From NCBI GenBank assembly GCA_963708075.1, contig OY970194.1, positions 5,632,001-5,696,000 of the forward strand: DNA of 64,000 nucleotides, read 5' to 3'. Each line of letters starts with the position of its first letter. The stretch's first letter is position 1. The position numbers and the translations under genes were made by a program. Source of the DNA: Sedimentisphaerales bacterium (GTDB taxonomy: Bacteria; Planctomycetota; Phycisphaerae; Sedimentisphaerales; Anaerobacaceae). The notes beneath the pieces were generated by a model. That model saw nothing but the letters and a program-made list of their open reading frames with translations. It did not search any database and was not told the origin of the DNA. Below are positions 10,650-20,296 of the stretch, piece after piece.

Positions 10650-11352
10650 GTCCCTCTCTGCCCAAAGCCATTCATATATCTGAGGAGGAAATGGGACAGT
10701 GACTCACCCATTCCCGCTCTACTCAGGATTGCGCGACATTGTAGTCCAAAGCCTGGCAGTGGTTGTACCTTCATTTCCATTCGCCACGTCCGGCAAATGA
10801 CTCATAGTGAATCCCCGATCCTCTTCCCTTCATCTCACAGGGCACAAGGGCCGCCAAGTCCTGGTCCCATCATAGGGACAATCTTGCAGACAGTCAATTG
10901 CGAATGAGGTGAAGCAGGGGGGATACGTCGAGGAGCTTCTCAGCACCCTGCCTCGGCCGCCGGAGACCACCAAAGCAGGCGAGCAAATCCGCGCCTGCAT
11001 AGCGGCCAAACTGAACCACGCCCCGCAGCCTAAGCTGCCATCCGAGGTATGACCATCACCGCCTTTCGCAATCGCCGCGACCGCGGTGACGTGCATCGCC
11101 CATTTCTGCGGGACAGCCGCCCATCCTCGACCGGATCGGGAGTACGGCCAGAAACTGGGCCGCCATGCTCGGGCCATCCCGGGGTTGGCACGAACTCAGT
11201 GACTGAGTGCAAGGCCCGGATTTCTGGTTGCATTCGGGTCGATGGCTGATAGAATGGTAGAACCAGTGGGCGTGACGGACCGCACCTGGAGGCTAGTGAC
11301 TTTCATGGGATGGAGAATACAGACACGGACTTTTGACTTGGAGGTAAGTATC

Positions 11353-12045
11353 ATGAAGCGCGCATGTCTCACCGTCATTCTGGGGTTGTTCCTTGCCAGC
11401 CCTGTCCTGGGGCTCACCTACCTGGGCTCGCCGACGACGATCCTGAAGACCGGCGAATGGGCCGCTGGGGCGAGTTACGCCCAGAGCGAGCAGGACCTGA
11501 ACCTGAGTAAGGGAGCTGAGATGCCGGAGTTGGAAGAGGAATCCGTGCTTGGACGCGTGGCGGTGGGAATCGCCGATGAGCGGATGGAAATCTTCGGCCT
11601 GTTCGGCATCGTCGATCTGGAGCACGACCCCGCCGAGACGAATGGCGAATTCCTTATGGGCTTCGGTACTCGCATCACGACGAACCTGGGCGGCGATCTG
11701 GACTGGGGCGTTGTCGGGCAATTCACGTACCTCACAAGGGAGGACCAGAGCGTCATCAACGGCGTGTGGACACCGTTTGAGATGGATCTCATCGACGTCC
11801 AGATCGGCATGGGCCCCTGCTGGCGGCCGGGACCGTTCATCCTCTATGGCGGCCCCATGCTCCAGTTCATCGAGGGCGAGCTCGAAACGGACAACTTTGG
11901 GGATCTCGACGTCAACGAGGAATCCTGGTTCGGCGGCTACATTGGCGGCGGAATCGAGCTTGCCGAGCACCTGGGCCTTACCGGGGAAGTTCAGGGCACA
12001 GGAGACGCCTGGGCGCTGGCGGCCTCGCTGATGTGGAGATTCTGA
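11353..12045 (+). CDS. Small outer-membrane beta-barrel protein
   Basis: GGAGGT RBS, signal peptide MKRACLTVILGLFLASPVLG, alternating beta strands, C-terminal WRF. Confidence 0.7.
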   Translation: MKRACLTVILGLFLASPVLGLTYLGSPTTILKTGEWAAGASYAQSEQDLNLSKGAEMPELEEESVLGRVAVGIADERMEIFGLFGIVDLEHDPAETNGEFLMGFGTRITTNLGGDLDWGVVGQFTYLTREDQSVINGVWTPFEMDLIDVQIGMGPCWRPGPFILYGGPMLQFIEGELETDNFGDLDVNEESWFGGYIGGGIELAEHLGLTGEVQGTGDAWALAASLMWRF

Positions 12046-12220
12046 GTCCTGGCGTTGACAGAGTCCGGCGGGTCCCGGGGACACCACAGGGAACCGGGCA
12101 GTGGGCGACATTCTCCTGACGCATCCAGCACCTGCGTACATTCAGGCGGCGGGGGTGGTCTGTTTGGATTGACGGGATGGGGGGATGACCTTAGCATAGA
12201 GGAAGCTCAATCAACCAGGC

Positions 12221-13135
12221 ATGGAAAGGAATCTGATGGAAACGATCCTGCAGACGCAGATAGCAGGTATAGAGCCGAGCCGCGGCAAAGTCCGCGATAT
12301 TTATGACTTGGGCGACAAGCTGCTGATCGTGGCTACCGACCGCCTCAGCGCGTTCGACGTCGTGATGACCACCCCGATTCCCTGCAAGGGAGCCGTCCTG
12401 ACACAGATCTCGAAGTTCTGGTTCGAATTCCTCAGTGGCACGGTCGAGCACCACCTGATCTCGGACAAAGTCTCGGATTTCCCCAAGCCGTTTCCGAAGT
12501 ATGCGAAGCAACTCGAAGGCCGCAGCATGCTGGTCCGCAAGGTTGAGGTGCTGCCTATCGAGTGCGTGGTTCGCGGCTACCTGGCCGGCTCCGGATGGAA
12601 GGAGTACCAGGAGAGCGGCACGGTCTGCGGCGTGAAGCTGCCGGCGGGGCTTAAGCAGTGCCAGAAACTGCCCCAGCCGATCTTCACCCCCGCCACGAAG
12701 GCCGAGCGCGGCCTGCACGATGAGAACATCAGCTTCGAGCAGTCTGCCGGGATCGTCGGCAAGGAGCACGCCACATACGTCCGCGATAAGAGTATCGAGA
12801 TCTTCAACAAGGCCGGCAAGTACGCCGAGAGTAAGGGGATCATCCTTGCCGACACGAAATTCGAGTGGGGCCGGACCGCCGACGGCAAGATCATCCTGAT
12901 CGACGAGGTGCTCACGCCCGATTCCTCGCGTTTCTGGCCGGCGGACAAATACGAGCCGGGCCGGGACCAGGAGAGCTTCGACAAGCAGTTCGTGCGAAAC
13001 TGGCTTGAAAGCATCCACTTCAACAAGTCCGGCCCCGGCGTCGAGCTGCCGCCCGATATCGTCGAAAAGACCAGCCAAAAGTACATCGAAGCCTACGAGC
13101 GCCTCACCGGCAAACCCTTCGCCTGGAAAGCATAG
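12221..13135 (+). CDS. purC: Phosphoribosylaminoimidazolesuccinocarboxamide (SAICAR) synthase
   Basis: [57 protein letters not shown]. Confidence 0.97.
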   Translation: MERNLMETILQTQIAGIEPSRGKVRDIYDLGDKLLIVATDRLSAFDVVMTTPIPCKGAVLTQISKFWFEFLSGTVEHHLISDKVSDFPKPFPKYAKQLEGRSMLVRKVEVLPIECVVRGYLAGSGWKEYQESGTVCGVKLPAGLKQCQKLPQPIFTPATKAERGLHDENISFEQSAGIVGKEHATYVRDKSIEIFNKAGKYAESKGIILADTKFEWGRTADGKIILIDEVLTPDSSRFWPADKYEPGRDQESFDKQFVRNWLESIHFNKSGPGVELPPDIVEKTSQKYIEAYERLTGKPFAWKA

Positions 13136-13252
13136 ACGGAGTTGCATGATTGCGTCGTCGCCGTTCCCCGTTTCGAGGCGACCCCACGCGTGTCATTCCC
13201 GTGCCGCCGGAAGGCTACGCGGCGCGGCTGTCAGAGCCCGGTCGGAATAGTC

Positions 13253-13363
13253 TCAGCGTTGGGCTCTTCTTCGTTTGAGCCTGCGGAGGAATTTGAGGTC
13301 TTCCTTGTCTTTGGGGCGGCCGGCGGCTTGCTTCATTTGGATCAGATCGTCAAGCGAGGCAAA
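13253..13363 (-). pseudogene. C-terminal remnant of a minimal nucleotidyltransferase-like (DUF6036-type) gene
   Basis: Minus strand reads FASLDDLIQMKQAAGRPKDKEDLKFLRRLKRRRAQR*; the LxxxKxAAGRPKD signature of this family. Confidence 0.7.
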
Positions 13364-13421
13364 TCAGACGAATGGTCGGCATCTGCTTGCGTAACCGCCT
13401 GGCCGATGGTATACTCATGGC

Positions 13422-13607
13422 ATGACGAGCAAAGACATGGCCATCAAGACAATCCAGGAACTCCCGGACTCGGCGACCTGGGAAGAGATTGAGGAGCGCG
13501 TCCGCTTCCTGGCCGGGATTGACAAGGGCCTTGCGGATATCAGGGCTGGCAAGGTCGTTCCCCACGAAGAGGTCAAGGAAAGCCTCAAGAAATGGCTTAC
13601 CAAATAG
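13422..13607 (+). CDS. Putative antitoxin of RelE/ParE pair
   Basis: 61 aa with ...IDKGLADIRAGKVVPHEEVK; overlaps the toxin start. Confidence 0.8.
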   Translation: MTSKDMAIKTIQELPDSATWEEIEERVRFLAGIDKGLADIRAGKVVPHEEVKESLKKWLTK

Positions 13608-13891
13608 TCTGGTCTCAGACGGCTGTTGAGGACCTCAAGCAGATCGTTCAGTTCATCGGCTTGGACGACGCCGGTGCTGCCGCCGGTCTCGCGGATCGCA
13701 TCCTCAACCGCATCGAACAAGCAGCCGAGTTTCCCTTCTCCAACCGAGCCGTTCCTGAGAAAGGGGAGGATTCCATACGAGAGATCATCTTGCGGCCGTA
13801 TCGGATCATCTACCAGGTAGATGACCGGCGAAATGCCATCCACATTCTCAGAGTCTGGCACGCTGCGCGCGGCGTCCCCGATCTCGAATGA
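13592..13891 (+). CDS. Type II toxin, RelE/ParE family
   Basis: IVWSQTAVEDLKQI...IREIILRPYRIIYQV...ILRVWHAAR. Confidence 0.9.
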   Translation: MAYQIVWSQTAVEDLKQIVQFIGLDDAGAAAGLADRILNRIEQAAEFPFSNRAVPEKGEDSIREIILRPYRIIYQVDDRRNAIHILRVWHAARGVPDLE

Positions 13892-13943
13892 CGAACCGGA
13901 CCTTATGCTCTTTTAATGATTTGAGTAGTCCTTCGACTTCCAT
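13887..13943 (-). pseudogene. N-terminal remnant of the same nucleotidyltransferase-like gene
   Basis: ATG 13943 reads MEVEGLLKSLKEHKVRFVI and breaks just before the expected IGG/IGA motif; start overlaps the 3' end of the upstream small gene. Confidence 0.6.
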
Positions 13944-14085
13944 GTCGTTTGCGCAGGCGGGCCATCTCGCGGCTCTTGCGGAGCATCATCTCAAATCGTT
14001 GCTGCGTGGTCAGAGTCGCCAGGTAGTCCAATTCGAACTCGATTTCTGCACGTTCATTGTCAGTTCGTGTTTTCAACACAGCCAT
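13903..14085 (-). CDS. Small hypothetical protein, probable partner of the disrupted nucleotidyltransferase
   Basis: MAVLKT...EIEFELDYLATLTTQQRFEMM; overlaps the start of the NTase remnant. Confidence 0.65.
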   Translation of the reverse strand: MAVLKTRTDNERAEIEFELDYLATLTTQQRFEMMLRKSREMARLRKRHGSRRTTQIIKRA

Positions 14086-14186
14086 TGAATTCGCCCTAAT
14101 CGGCTCAAGCACGTGACCAGCAATCGTCAATCCTATTCTATCACGTTCAACTCACTCAGGCACGATGAATCCCGGGGATCGCTCAC

Positions 14187-16433
14187 TCATTTGACGGTGA
14201 ATTCGACGAGGTAATAAGGAGTCTCGTCACGGGCGGTGTCGAGAATGATGGCGCCGTTTGTGGCGGGGAGCGTTCTGGTTGTTCGCAGGCCGTCATGAGT
14301 CAGCAGGTACACCTTTAGATCGCCGGATTTGCGGATTGTGATGGTCGCCTTTACGGGCTCCATCAGGATGGGCGGCTTGCCGCGGTCGAGCAGGCCGTCG
14401 CCGGCGTCGTTGAACTGCATGCCGCTGTTGCGGGCGCGGGCGATGGCGGTGATCAACAGCTTGGCGGACGTGTCGATGGTCTTGTCGGACTCGCGGGCCG
14501 TCACATAGATCGCCGCGAAGGGACATTCGGGTGTGATCGTCACCTTGCCGAGTTGGATCTGTCGGCCTTCGGCGAAACCGACCACGGCTTTCGTGCCGGG
14601 CGTATCGATGGCGAAATGGCCGCCCAGCTTCTCCTCGCTTGCTTCTTTCCATTGGAGCTGGCGCGTGGATGAGGTAACAAAACCATCCTTCGCAAACGGG
14701 GTGAGATCAAAGGCGGGCGTGTCGCGGTACTGGTCGGTGAACTCGATCGCGCAGCGGGCGACGGCCAGCGCGCGGGCAGGGACCTTGTCGGTGTCGAAGC
14801 TCTTGACATCGTACTCTTGCATGGTCCGGTCGGTGAAGCCGAGTTTGTTTTGAGCCAGCGACGGCATGTGCACGTACAGCGGGGCGAGGAGCTCGGATTC
14901 CTTGACATCGCCTCGCAGGACCTGCCGGGCGACAGCGGGGAAGATGCCGAGCACTTGCGGAGCGGTCGCGTCCCACTGGTCCCGGCCGATGCGGTCGCTG
15001 AACGTCCCGGCGTCGCGGTTCTGGAACATATAGGAGACGTCCCAGCCCTGCAGGCCGTAGCCGTACGCCCCGAGGATCGCGGGACCTTCCACGCCCCATT
15101 CGCTCGGGAACACGTGAATCCACTCCGAGAGCATGAAGGGCCGGTCGCTCGCCTGCTGCAGGCCGACGCTGAGCGTGCCGGAGCCGGCGGTGTGCAGCAT
15201 GGTGGCGTTGTTGAACTTCGCGCCGGCCTTGGCGCTGCCGCCGCCGAAGTAGTTGTGCCGGTCGATGGTCCCGACGCGCCAGTCGGAGTGCAGGTTGTAG
15301 TAGTGGCTGATCGCCCGGCCCGCCTGCCAGTTCGAGCCGAGAACTTCGCCCTGGTAGCCGACGCCGCGCATCGCCTGCACGTAGCGGTCGTAGAACCCGC
15401 ACTGGAGCTCGTAGAGGAACTGCATCGTGTCCAGCAGCCGCTGCTTGCGGAAGGCCTGCGAGCCATTCAGTTGGTCCGGGTCCCAGTACCAGGGGTTGCC
15501 GATGGGCAGGATGTTGCGCTTGTCCAGATGCTCGCCGACGGCCGGAAAGCCCTCGTTCGCAAAGCCATCGAAGGCTTTGTCTCCCCAGGCCGCCACGAGC
15601 TTCTCGTGACCGCCGTACTTGGCGCGGAGCCAGTCGGAGAAATGCTCGGCCGTCATCTGTCGCAGCGTGGCGCTGGCCTTGAGCGGCGCCGTGGAGGAGT
15701 AGAAGAGGATGCTTTGCTCGTTGATGATCTCGATGAACGCGACGGCCGGGTCTTCGGCGTAAGTCAGGCCTGTATAGGGGTTCTTATGCCGGAGCAGATT
15801 GACCGTCTGGAGGATTTGCACATCCTGCAGTTGCGGCGAGTAGTGGAGGGCACTGTGCGGCGTCGTCACGCGGTCCTCAGCACCCGTGAATTTGCCGAAC
15901 TCCTCCAGGTAGGGGACGAGCCGGCGGTCGGCGGGGCCGAGCTTCAACGCGCCGAAGTGGGCCGACAGCAACACGTAGATGCCGGCCTCCTTGAATTTGG
16001 CCACCTGATAATCCATTCGGTCGAGGGCCGCGGGGTCGAACTGCACGCAGCTATCCGTCGACTGGATGCCTGCCCAGCCGGGACCATCGATGTACTTGTG
16101 CAGGCGGACGGAGTTGATGCCGTACTTGGTGTAGAACGCCGCTCGCTTGTCGGCCAGCGCTTTCTCTGGGGAACACGCGCCGTAGCACAGGTTGATGCCC
16201 CAGAGCTTGACAGGCTTGGCGTTGTAGAGGAGCTTGTCCCCCTCGCGACTGATGCGGCCGTGCTTGCCCGCCGGCGTCTCGAACCAATCCTGCATCCCGA
16301 TCTCGCCCGGCGCGGCCGTGCTGTTCGGCTCAAACACGTACCACGAGGACATGTCCGTCGCCCCCGCGACCAGGCCCGTCGCCGTCAGAAGGGTGATTAT
16401 AGCGCAGACTCCGACACATGAACGAAATGTCAT
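14187..16433 (-). CDS. Secreted clan-A glycoside hydrolase (GH5-like TIM barrel)
   Basis: Signal peptide; GINSVRLH, HKNPYTGLTYAEDPAVAFIEIINEQ (acid/base), PFMLSEW (nucleophile). Confidence 0.75.
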   Translation of the reverse strand: MTFRSCVGVCAIITLLTATGLVAGATDMSSWYVFEPNSTAAPGEIGMQDWFETPAGKHGRISREGDKLLYNAKPVKLWGINLCYGACSPEKALADKRAAFYTKYGINSVRLHKYIDGPGWAGIQSTDSCVQFDPAALDRMDYQVAKFKEAGIYVLLSAHFGALKLGPADRRLVPYLEEFGKFTGAEDRVTTPHSALHYSPQLQDVQILQTVNLLRHKNPYTGLTYAEDPAVAFIEIINEQSILFYSSTAPLKASATLRQMTAEHFSDWLRAKYGGHEKLVAAWGDKAFDGFANEGFPAVGEHLDKRNILPIGNPWYWDPDQLNGSQAFRKQRLLDTMQFLYELQCGFYDRYVQAMRGVGYQGEVLGSNWQAGRAISHYYNLHSDWRVGTIDRHNYFGGGSAKAGAKFNNATMLHTAGSGTLSVGLQQASDRPFMLSEWIHVFPSEWGVEGPAILGAYGYGLQGWDVSYMFQNRDAGTFSDRIGRDQWDATAPQVLGIFPAVARQVLRGDVKESELLAPLYVHMPSLAQNKLGFTDRTMQEYDVKSFDTDKVPARALAVARCAIEFTDQYRDTPAFDLTPFAKDGFVTSSTRQLQWKEASEEKLGGHFAIDTPGTKAVVGFAEGRQIQLGKVTITPECPFAAIYVTARESDKTIDTSAKLLITAIARARNSGMQFNDAGDGLLDRGKPPILMEPVKATITIRKSGDLKVYLLTHDGLRTTRTLPATNGAIILDTARDETPYYLVEFTVK

Positions 16434-16465
16434 CTTCGACTCCTTGTTCCTGTTGCTGTAGGTCC

Positions 16466-17443
16466 TTATGCGCGCCAGGTGCGGTTGCGGGTCTTCAGCT
16501 CGTCGAGCGTCTTCCTGGCGATGATCGCGTCCTCGGCGACCTGGAAGTCGAACATGCCGACGCAGACGAAGTCGGCGCCGCCTTCGAAGGCGTATTTGAA
16601 TCCGCTGCTGGGGTGAATGGCGCCGGCGGCGAGGACCTTGAACGCGATCCAGGGCTTCTTGACCGCCTTCATGACCTCGATGGTCTTCTCGGGGTTCTTG
16701 TCCCAGTAATTATCCGTTTTACTGTCCACGACGTCGTCATTCTGATCGGGCCGGCGGGTGGACCAGTAGTTCGTATGATGCAACGTCTTGACGTAGAAGT
16801 CCGGGTCGAATCCGCGGGCCTCGGAGTTCTCGATCACATCGATCATGTGGGCCCCGAGCCCGCCCGGGATGCCCTGTGCCTTGATGAATTCGACGCATTC
16901 GCCAAGCTGGTCCACGTGACCGGCCTTGAGCCAGCGGTCGCCGATGACGCCCTGGAGATAGACAGCCGAGGCGCCCCAGTCGATGGAGGCCTTGATGTTC
17001 GTGTGGAGGTCTTCCGGCGTGGGGTGTCCCTCCGCGATCCATTGGATCTTGCCGCCTCGGTTCCAGTGCTTCTTGAAGATCTCCATGGGCTTCTTGCGGG
17101 GGTCGGCGATGATCGTGTTGACGCCGTTCTCTTCCAGCAGGGCCAGGGTTTCGAGGACCTTCTCGGGCGTGTTGTAGTTGTCCATCAGATTATGCACGTA
17201 GGCCAGGTCCCGGGCGTGGGACCAGCCGCTGATCAGGTTGCCGCCGGAGATCAATCGGCTGATCTTGAGGTCCTTGATCTGTCCCATCGGCATGCCCTTG
17301 GCTCCGACCCCGGCGTCGGCGCGTCCCCGGCCCGGCTGGTCCGCGGCACCGGTTGGCTGGGCAAGACCCATTCCCATGGCGGCCCCGGCCGCAGCGGCCA
17401 TTGATCCCTGGAGAAACTCGCGACGATTCACATGCTCTGCCAT
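16466..17443 (-). CDS. Tat-exported aldo/keto-reductase-like TIM-barrel protein
   Basis: NRREFL twin-arginine signal; ISRLISGGN, KPWIAFKVLAAG, GADFVCVGM. Confidence 0.7.
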   Translation of the reverse strand: MAEHVNRREFLQGSMAAAAGAAMGMGLAQPTGAADQPGRGRADAGVGAKGMPMGQIKDLKISRLISGGNLISGWSHARDLAYVHNLMDNYNTPEKVLETLALLEENGVNTIIADPRKKPMEIFKKHWNRGGKIQWIAEGHPTPEDLHTNIKASIDWGASAVYLQGVIGDRWLKAGHVDQLGECVEFIKAQGIPGGLGAHMIDVIENSEARGFDPDFYVKTLHHTNYWSTRRPDQNDDVVDSKTDNYWDKNPEKTIEVMKAVKKPWIAFKVLAAGAIHPSSGFKYAFEGGADFVCVGMFDFQVAEDAIIARKTLDELKTRNRTWRA

Positions 17444-17763
17444 AGCTTTTACCCTTCCACGCTCTGTGACCCAGATGCCCTCTCCGGTTCTCCACAGGCA
17501 TCTTACAATAACCTGCCCCGCAACGCCAGCGCGAATAGCGGCATTGGTGGCTCTGAACGGATGTCACGGAGAATCGCACGGCAATCGTAACACCAGGCAC
17601 AACCGGCACTTGCGCTCGACACGCGAGCATGGGACGGAGTCAGCGAATCCTCGTAGCCACCGCTGCGGATTGTGGCGAGGTTATGAGACGATTGCGGGAT
17701 TGTTGTGGAGACATGATCGATAGGCTTGGGGGGGGCGTAAGACAAGAGAGTGGCAGTCGGGCC

Positions 17764-18017
17764 GGGTGGCAGCGTCAAGCGCAGCTTGGCGATGGCCTGC
17801 TTGGGCTGCGGTGCAACCGTCGCCAAGGCAGGGCTATCGCATCTAAATTGTTCGACGCTGACTATTGGCGCGGAAACGCGGAAAGCTCGGATCACGGATC
17901 GGCCGGGCCACCGAACTTGTGAGCGTCCGATAGGCGTTTTCGCGGGCAAGAAGCCCGATTCCAATTTAGATGCGTAAGCCCTGGTCGCCAAGGCCTACGG
18001 CCTTGACGCTGCCACCC
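17764..18017. repeat. REPIN (family A) interrupted by a MITE
   Basis: gggtggcagcgtcaagcgcagcttggcgatgg ... gccaaggcctacggccttgacgctgccaccc; same arms as 24727-24807. Confidence 0.8.
17829..17983. mobile_element. 155-bp MITE with CAGGG-ended terminal inverted repeats (ISAs1-family-like)
   Basis: TIRs cagggctatcgcatctaaattg / caatttagatgcgtaagccctg; 10-bp direct repeat gtcgccaagg at 17819-17828 and 17984-17993. Confidence 0.8.
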
Positions 18018-18076
18018 AGGACTTGGTACTTGCTCTGCCACAATCTTGTCGTGCACCCGCTTGGGCCAGAAAACGC

Positions 18077-18105
18077 TTGACTTTCCGGACGAGTAGAGGT
18101 ACACT
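18077..18105 (+). promoter_or_regulatory. sigma70-type promoter
   Basis: TTGACT-N17-TACACT. Confidence 0.7.
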
Positions 18106-18111
18106 ATAGAC

Positions 18112-18282
18112 TCAGATTAGGGGGCCGTGCACCTTGGCACGCCGGGGGCAGTAGATCCGGTTTGGTGCGCGGAATCCTCCGCACTATGGGCGTGGATTTA
18201 TGGCGGCGTTCGCCTGGCGAGCGTCGCGATACACACGGTATCAAGACCCCGGACGGACCCGAGGCTCCGTCGGGGTTTTTTT
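18112..18282 (+). ncRNA. Probable ~170-nt structured small RNA (6S RNA candidate)
   Basis: Bounded by promoter and intrinsic terminator; nested pairings ccgtg/cacgg, cgccggg/cctggcg, agatcc/ggattt, gtgcgcgga/tccgcac form one long bulged hairpin. Confidence 0.55.
18246..18282 (+). terminator. Rho-independent terminator
   Basis: accccggacgga-loop-tccgtcggggt followed by T7. Confidence 0.8.
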
Positions 18283-18361
18283 GTGGGTATGGTTGGCTGC
18301 CCGGCGTGCTCCTGCTTCGCCGGGTGAGATGGAACAACCGAACTACTGGAGGAGCCGGGGG

Positions 18362-19365
18362 ATGAAGACGATACGAATGCCGGCACTGCTGGCCTGTGTT
18401 CTGCTGCTCGGTGGCTTGGCCGAGGCGCGCACAGTGACCGTACAAGACACGCTCGACTACACCGACATCTTCAACGGGAACTACTTCTGGGATCCCGATG
18501 TCATCCTGGATCATTCCCCCTTCTTCCGCACCTCGCTGGAGGACTGGGACTGGACCCACGACATGCAGAGCGTGGTTCCGGCCGATGCCAACGGCATCCA
18601 AAGCGCCAGCCTGTCCATCCTGGCATGGGATGTGGATACCGAGGAGGGCGAGATCGACATCGTCTACGCCAACGGGATCAAACTCGGCACGCTGAAGGGC
18701 ATGGCGCCGGGCGAGGAGCGCACGTGGACCACGACGGTCTTCAACCTGCCGGCGAAGGTGCTGCAGGAGCTCTGGACCAGCCGCAAAGTCACGATCTTCC
18801 TCGATATCGACTGGGACACCGTCGGCGACCGCGTGACCCTGCGCAACTCGATTCTGTCGGTCAACTATACGGTCCCGGGGGGCAGCGCCGGGGCGCGGGA
18901 CCCGATCCGAACGCCGCCCTGCATCGCTGCTGGTCGCCCGTGCTGTCCGGTCACTTCTATACGATCAGGGAGAAGGACAAGGACAAGCTGATCCGCGATA
19001 ACCCGTTTGTTTGGAAGTATGATGGGATCGCCTATCACGTGTTCGGCGCGCTGGTGAACCCCAATTTGAAACCCGTGTACCGGTTCTGGTCGAGCCAGTG
19101 CAGCGCCTACTTCTACACGATCAGCGAACAGGACAAGGACAAGCTGATCCGCGAACCATCGCGCGGGTGGACCTACGAGGGCGTGGCGTTCTACGCCTAT
19201 CCCGACGGCCGCCAGCCGGCGGGCGCGAAACCGGTGTACTGCTTCTGGTCCGACAAGCTGAGCAAGTATTTCTATACGATCAGCGAGCCGGAGAAGCAGT
19301 TGCTTGTCGCCAAGTACGCTCAACTCTGGCTTCCGCAAGGCGTGGCCTGGTACGCCTATGAATAG
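18362..19365 (+). CDS. Secreted protein: N-terminal domain shared with neighbouring PEP-CTERM protein plus three VYRFWS/HFYT (DUF5648-like) repeats; frameshift near 18880
   Basis: ORF 18362 carries signal + DTLDYTD...EDWDWTHD domain; repeats continue in another frame after a G run at ~18877-18900. Confidence 0.7.
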
Positions 19366-19497
19366 GGGGTGATGGCCCGCGTCGCCGGCGGCGGACGCAG
19401 GCCCTGATGATGCATGACGATTGTCACGGTCTCACTTGCACGGTGTGTGCTGTGTGGGGGGAAGACCTGTGTACATGATTCTGAGGAGAGAAGGAAG

Positions 19498-20151
19498 ATG
19501 AAAGTTGTGAGAGTGATCACGCTGGCAGTTTGTCTGCTGGCGGGAGCCGGCGCTGCCAACGCCGAGATTGTCCAAGTCAGTGACACCCTGAACTACACTG
19601 ACAATGGGCCCGTGCATGGTTTCTACTTCTGGGAACCGACCACCGTCGTGGATCATACGCCCTTCCATCGCCACGCGTGGGAGGACTGGGGATGGATGCA
19701 CGATGTCAGCGCTCTCGTGCCGGACGGCGCCACCGGCATCAGCTCCGCGACCCTCAACGTTCTGGCCTGGGGTGTAAACGACAGCGTGGGCGAGGTGGAT
19801 ATCATCTCCGCCAACGGCACACAGCTCGGGACGCTTACGAGCATCTCCAGCGAGCCGGTGCCTCCGGTTCCGCCCGAAATGTACACGACACCCGGCCAGC
19901 CCTACGGAGCCCTTACCGACTGGTCCATCACGTCGTTCGCGCTGCCTTCGAACGTCCTGCAGGCGCTGTTCCTGAACGGCGACCTCAACGTCTTCATGAA
20001 CATCGACGCAACCTTGAACGGCGATCGGGTCACGATCCGCAGCTCGACTCTCAAGGTGAACTACCTCACGGGCACGCCCGTTCCGGAGCCGGCGACGCTC
20101 GGTCTGCTCGGCCTGGGCGCCCTGGCCCTGCTGAAACGACGCCATGCGTAA
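19498..20151 (+). CDS. PEP-CTERM sorting-domain protein
   Basis: Signal peptide; C-terminus VPEPATLGLLGLGALALLKRRHA. Confidence 0.92.
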   Translation: MKVVRVITLAVCLLAGAGAANAEIVQVSDTLNYTDNGPVHGFYFWEPTTVVDHTPFHRHAWEDWGWMHDVSALVPDGATGISSATLNVLAWGVNDSVGEVDIISANGTQLGTLTSISSEPVPPVPPEMYTTPGQPYGALTDWSITSFALPSNVLQALFLNGDLNVFMNIDATLNGDRVTIRSSTLKVNYLTGTPVPEPATLGLLGLGALALLKRRHA

Positions 20152-20184
20152 CAGGCGTTGAGCTCAGGAAATTGCCTGCCCTTC

Positions 20185-20263
20185 GGGTGCCATGTCTACG
20201 CTTGCGTAGACATGTTCCACTCGATGGGCAAGGCATGCTTACGCGAGCGTAAGCATGGCACCC
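20185..20263. repeat. REPIN (family C)
   Basis: gggtgccatgtctacgcttgcgtagacatg ... catgcttacgcgagcgtaagcatggcaccc; inverted homologue at 27817-27894. Confidence 0.8.
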
Positions 20264-20296
20264 GCATGGGCGTGACGTGCGCGAGAGCCGGGACGT

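Noticed and set aside
8907..10907. 666-aa plus-strand ORF (and similar long antisense ORFs, e.g. 2020-3498, 14817-16421, 46742-47854, 57182-58411)
   Set aside because: Shadow ORFs opposite well-supported genes, expected at high GC
10909..11052. Short ORF VKQGGYVEELLSTLPRPP...
   Set aside because: 47 codons with no recognisable family; may be a remnant but cannot be supported
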